Position numbers and translations under genes: made by a program
Notes under the pieces: generated by a model
Database searches by the model: none
The model's input: only the letters and a program-made list of their open reading frames with translations
Told to the model about the DNA's origin: nothing
From: the human T2T-CHM13v2.0 reference genome, Homo sapiens
NCBI RefSeq assembly: GCF_009914755.1
Contig: NC_060926.1
Length of the DNA: 64,000 nucleotides
Strand: one strand, 5' to 3'
Part shown: positions 59,068 through 64,000 of the stretch, one piece after another
Numbering within the stretch: the first letter of the stretch is position 1
How the letters are laid out: each line of letters opens with the position of its first letter

Positions 59068-60479
59068 GGGAATGATTCTTTACCACCCCAATTTGAGAGC
59101 TGTCCTAAACTCTTGCTCTTCTTTCCATTCCAATGCAAAATAAGTAAACGCATCCAACTGATTCTCCTTTTAAGCATAGAAATACAGTTTGTTCTTCCTT
59201 CCTTCTTTATTCTAACATTCGTTTTCTAAATTCTAGCCCTTATCACTTATTGATAGGGTTACTGAGGAAGCCTCCTAACATGGTATCCCAACTTCTTGTT
59301 GGTCACTTCTGATCATCTATGCTACTAACATAAAAATCTAGGACCTAAACTGACTCTTGCATTTAATTAGAATGAAGATTGGGTTGCATAGGGTTATGGG
59401 ATAAAAGGAAAACTTGCCTCTATTTCTCTTCCTTCATCTTGATCTCTTTTCTCTATACAAATTCCTATCAACTGCAGTTCCTTGGATCACTATTAATCCT
59501 CAAATATTCTTCTGAGTTCTTCCATAGACAAACAAACAATGCCATGGATATGATTTCTGCTAAATACACTTAAAATCAAATTAAAATAAAAAGGTTAAAC
59601 CTCATTTATATATTTCTCTTCATTTTAGAAAATCTACCTTTAAAGAATGGTGAGCCATAGCTGAACCTGCTAGGATTTTCAATGGGGATCCTGTCCTGCA
59701 CAAATGTTCAGATGTGCCTCATCCCATTTCCCAACATATTGTTTCCTTCATATAGCTCTTTGTTTGAAGATCCACAGATTGTGTCGCACTTTTTATCATA
59801 TAATTTCAACATGTAGTATGATATTTTGTTCTTTTAACAAAACTATGATTTAATTCATCTAGTTTTAAAATGTTCTTTTACTGGAAAAACTTTATACATT
59901 AATTTTTAATATTTTTTGTTATAATTCATCTGTAAGATCATCTTTGCTTTATACTTGATTCTGAATGTAAAATATCTCATAATCTCTTATAGTATTAGGT
60001 CAATGTGTTATTATTTTAAAGTGTTCTGTGTTCAACGAGGCTCAGAAAATGCTGGCCTCAAGACCTCTGAGGACCTCTGTCATTTCCAGAAACATGTGGA
60101 CTTTTTGCTTCAAAAAGCATTCCTTGAGTAATCTGTTCTGCGGGGTACATGACATTTATACTTCTCTGAGAATATGGTGTTTGTTTTGAAATGCCTTATC
60201 TGTCTCTGCAAATGCTGTCAATACATCTGTGTTAGCACAGGACGTTCCAGAAGACAGGAAGCTTACATGTGATCTGTTCTCGTAATATGTCTAGGGCTAT
60301 GACGTATTCAGTGCTAATGGACCTCAGTTACAGCACAAGGAGACAAGGTGGAGCAATAGCATTTTGTTATTGGGAACTAGGCTACACTTACTTCCTTATG
60401 CACAATAAGAGGCATCCACCTAAAGAATGATGCAAAATAGACAATCAACACAGAAATTAGGCAGACACTATCACTCTAA

Positions 60480-60685
60480 GAGCAGATGTTGGAGTCGCCT
60501 TGATTAGACTTTGGATCCTGGCTTTCGCACTTACTATGTGACCTCATATCTCTGTGCCTCAGTTTCCTATCTAATAAGAATAATTATGCCATAATCTCAG
60601 GTTGTTTATCTCATCGAAATGGCTAATATAAAAGCTTAGCTCAGGGTCAGACACAGAGAAAGATCTCAGTAAATGGCAACTACTG
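60480..60685 (+). mobile_element. MIR SINE
   Basis: cacttactatgtgacct...tctctgtgcctcagtttcctatct core. Confidence 0.7.
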
Positions 60686-60796
60686 TGATTAGAACCACGG
60701 TACTCTGTTAACCAAAATGAGAGACTGAGGCAAGAGTCTTAGTTAATTGAGACTTATTGAGCCAGAGCTTGAAGATGCACCCAGGAAAAACACAAG

Positions 60797-62056
60797 TGTA
60801 AACCAAAAATAAAATTTGGAGGTCCCTCACCCCCCAGCCCCAACCATCTGAATGGACTCCCTCCTCGGCCAGGGCACTCCAAATTTAACCTGAAAGACTG
60901 GTTCAGGCCATGACAGAAAGAGTGGTGGTCAGAGATGCCTCATTATGTCCTTCTCCCTTTTGGAATTCAGGAAAAGCTGACCAGCATTAACATCAACACA
61001 GACCTTAAGTCTGATAAGAAACATTTACAATATATTTTCTTCAAAGACTGCCAACTGGAGACTTCATCAGCATGATAAAACTTTGGTCTCCACAACCTCT
61101 TATTGTCACCCATGATATAAAGTTAAGAAGAGATTATTTAAGCAGACAGTCAGGGTACGGAAATCCTTGATAAGGTTTTCCTTTTAATGAAAAGTGGCCC
61201 CCAAATCATTTTCTTTTTTTAACGAAGAGCAGCCTGTAAAATTGAGCTGCAAACATAGACAAGCAATCTAGAAGCTTGCATGGGTGAATACCAGCAGTTG
61301 TGCTAATAGGAAAAGGCTACCTGGGACTAGGCATGTTCAAAATGGAAGCTCCAACTTCCTTTCTCTTTGTCAGCCATGTGTGCAGCAGACAATATGGTGC
61401 TGGCCAAGTGGAAAGCCTATTTCCATAATAAGATTAGGGTGGGGCAACCTGCCCTCCCCGCACATTATGTAAATGTCACACCTGGTCCAACCAATCTGTG
61501 GGCCCTACGTAAATCAGACACCACCTCCTCAAGCCTGCCTATAAAATCCAGTGCACTCCCATTCTGGGCTGGAATTCCCATTTGGGAGCCCCTGTCTCTC
61601 ACGAGCGAGAGAGAGCTGTTCTCCTTTCTCTTTTTTTTGTCTATTAACTGTCCACTCCCAAACTCACTCCTTGTATGTGTCCGTGTCCTTAATCTTCTTG
61701 GCATGAGACAATAAACCCCAAGTATTTACCCCAGTCAGTGACACTGCTTCACCGAGACATTCCTTTCTATTGATAACTCTTTCAACCAACTGCCAATCAG
61801 AAAATTTTGAAATCTACCTGTAACCTGGAAACCCTCCTACTTCAAGTTGTCTCGCCTTTCTGGACTGTACCAATGTATATCTTAAATGTGTTTGACTGAT
61901 ATCTCAAGTCTCCCTAAAATGTATAAAACCAACCACCACCCCTACCACCTTGGGCACATGTTCTCAGGGTCTCCTGAGGGCTGTGTTATGGGCCATGGCT
62001 TGTCTCAGAATAAATATTTTCAAATATTTTACAGAGTTTGACTCCTTTCATCAACA
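60797..62056 (+). mobile_element. MER4D/E-like LTR, middle layer (parts 60797-61112 and 61752-62056)
   Basis: tgtaaaccaaaaataaaatt ... agaataaatattttcaaatattttacagagtttgactcctttcatcaaca; perfect TSD caag at 60793-60796 and 62057-62060. Confidence 0.85.
61113..61751 (+). mobile_element. MER50-like LTR, innermost layer
   Basis: tgatataaagttaagaagagattattta...cactgcttca; TATA-like cctataaaa at ~61538; TSD ccca/ccga. Confidence 0.85.
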
Positions 62057-62829
62057 CAAGTCACAGCAAACATCTGTGGCTTGAGCTCTCTGAAGAGGTT
62101 TTCAGGAGCTTAGTATTCATACAGTTCCCTAAAGGAGAGAAGGCTATAGGAAGAGGGGAGGGCACGTGTAAAGCAAATGGTTACATTTTTGTGAGACTTT
62201 AGTTAGTGCTCAGTAAATCTATATTTTATATAAGGTAAGGTGAATGCCTGAAGAAAAAGGGAGTAAATAAAGACTCAATTATGCACATGTCTCAGGGTAG
62301 GTGGAGGAATGATTGATCTCATCTTGTCTTCATTCTGTACCTGGAAGAGAAAATCCTGTACCTGGAAGAGAACAAAGACAAGGTGATGCTCTGGTATCTG
62401 GAAGATAAACTTGTAATCCACATTGTCAGTGTGAAATCTAACAGACTTCAGTTTTAGGAGCTAGACTTACATTGCAGACCTAAAGTTACAATTGACATGT
62501 CCTTGTTTTATGAGAGGATATACATCTTGAAAAGTTTCAACGCCAGCAAAGAACAATCTGTGAGGGCAGCCATCTGGCCATGCTTGAGGCTTTTTGCCTT
62601 TCCATGGGGGGTCTGGCTAATGTACAATGTTTTGATGCCAGTTTGTGCAATAATAGCTACTCACCTGGGAAAAGGATGGAGGTGTTCAGTGACTCCGTGT
62701 GCAGGCTTAACTCTCCCTTTAGCATAATGAGTTTGGGGATCTTGAGATTTTTAATTTTTTTTACAGCTCCTTGTCAAATATAACATTCTCCTTCATTGCC
62801 CTGACTTAGTTTTATATAAAGTGGTGGAA

Positions 62830-63122
62830 CGCCAAATGTGGTGGCTCATGCATGTCATCCCAGCACTTTGGGAAGCTGAGGCAGGAGGATCGCTTGAGCT
62901 CAGGAGTCCAAGACCAGCTGGGCAACATAGGAAGACCCTACCTCTACAGAAAATAAAAAAATTAGCCAGTCATGGTGGTGCATGCCTGTGGTTCCAGTTA
63001 CTCAGGAGCCTGAGGTGGGAGGATTGCTTGAGCCCAGGAGGTTGAAGGCTGCAGTGAGTGGTGTTCATGCCATTGCATTCCAGCTTGCATGGCAGAGCAA
63101 GAAACTGTCTCAAAAAAAAAAA
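62830..63122 (+). mobile_element. AluJ
   Basis: ggaggatcgcttgagctcaggagt and ggaggattgcttgagcccaggagg; flanking gtggaac repeat. Confidence 0.9.
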
Positions 63123-64000
63123 TGTGGAACTGTCTCTTTGTTATACTAATACATGTAGAAATATTGAGTATCTTGAATTAAGCAGCTGCTGTGATCATTA
63201 AAAAAATGTTAGCTTTTTGGATCTCTGTTGAGATAATGTGTGATTCTAGAGGAGGCGCTGCCTATGGTTGTGGTTCTTCTCAACTTTTCCTGTAAGGTAC
63301 ATGACATGGTTGTCAATGTCAATGCACATCAGCTGAACACCTGTCCTTTTATGTCAGGGTTTCTCACCCCAAAGAAGGTGTCAGGAAACCACTGGTCCTA
63401 TTCTCCAGTTCCTAGAAAGACCACTTCCTAGGGTGTAATGACTGAAAAATGGGCATAGAAAAAAAATCTACACTCACCTTTTACCTTTTTAAACTTTCAG
63501 CTGAGTTTGAATCAATATAGGTGAATTGAATTTCTGACCCATTAATAAGTCTCTGGGACTGACCTCTCTTGTTGAATGCAAGGGTTTCCTCTCATGTCAA
63601 AACATGTGAAGTGGGGACAGTCTTGTTGCCTGTTTGCTAGGAGCTGTCCACTCAGGGATGCTGCAGTCATTTTCCCAGTGTTTTCAGCTGGATAGGTCTC
63701 TCTGGGGTTGGTGAGGAAGAGTAATCTTGGCTGAAGTTGAATGCTGGTCTGCACATGCTACATGCAAATGAGGAGCCACTGTCAACAGGGATTGCTCCAG
63801 TAATCTGACAATAGGTGCAAGACTATGACTGCCGCAGTAGATCTGAAAGGAGCCTGGGAGCACAATGAGCCATTGTAAGAGGGAATTCTCCTCAATGGCA
63901 TTCCCATTGAATGGCCCTGCAAAATAAATGTGGATTTTTGCCTTTAGGTCAAAATTAGGTCCTTAGATAATAGTACATGTTTCTCCATTAAAAAAAATTT

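Larger units (their letters stand above)
60706..62765 (-). mobile_element. ERV1 (MER4-group) solo LTR, outer layer of a nest (parts 60706-60796 and 62057-62765)
   Basis: TG..CA ends; 4-bp TSD actc/gctc; reverse complement begins tgtaaaaaaaa..aaatctcaagatccccaaactcattatgctaaaggga, like MER4-group LTRs. Confidence 0.75.

Overview
Human (primate) genomic DNA from the IL-1 receptor gene cluster (2q12.1 by recall). The + strand carries the last six coding exons of IL1RL2 (IL-36 receptor): third Ig domain, transmembrane segment, TIR domain and C-tail. All six have GT/AG boundaries and consistent phases. The 3' UTR contains a ~14-copy minisatellite. Downstream is ~38 kb of repeat-rich intergenic DNA (Alu, L1, L2, MIR, MLT, MER20, a triple-nested ERV1 LTR) with one CpG island at ~36.4-38.1 kb. 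The island overlaps an intronless, frameshifted minus-strand FAM183/CFAP144 retro-pseudogene (probably FAM183DP). The most unusual signal lies just upstream of it: a 116-codon Pro/Cys/aromatic-rich minus-strand ORF with ~80% GC3, in the same frame as the FAM183 ATG, plus two X-box-like motifs. This could be a small unannotated gene or a dead chimeric retrogene; it is a hypothesis only. No prokaryote-type system (CRISPR, tRNA, rRNA) is visible. Repeat subfamily names come from recalled consensus sequences, and the boundaries of old repeats are approximate.
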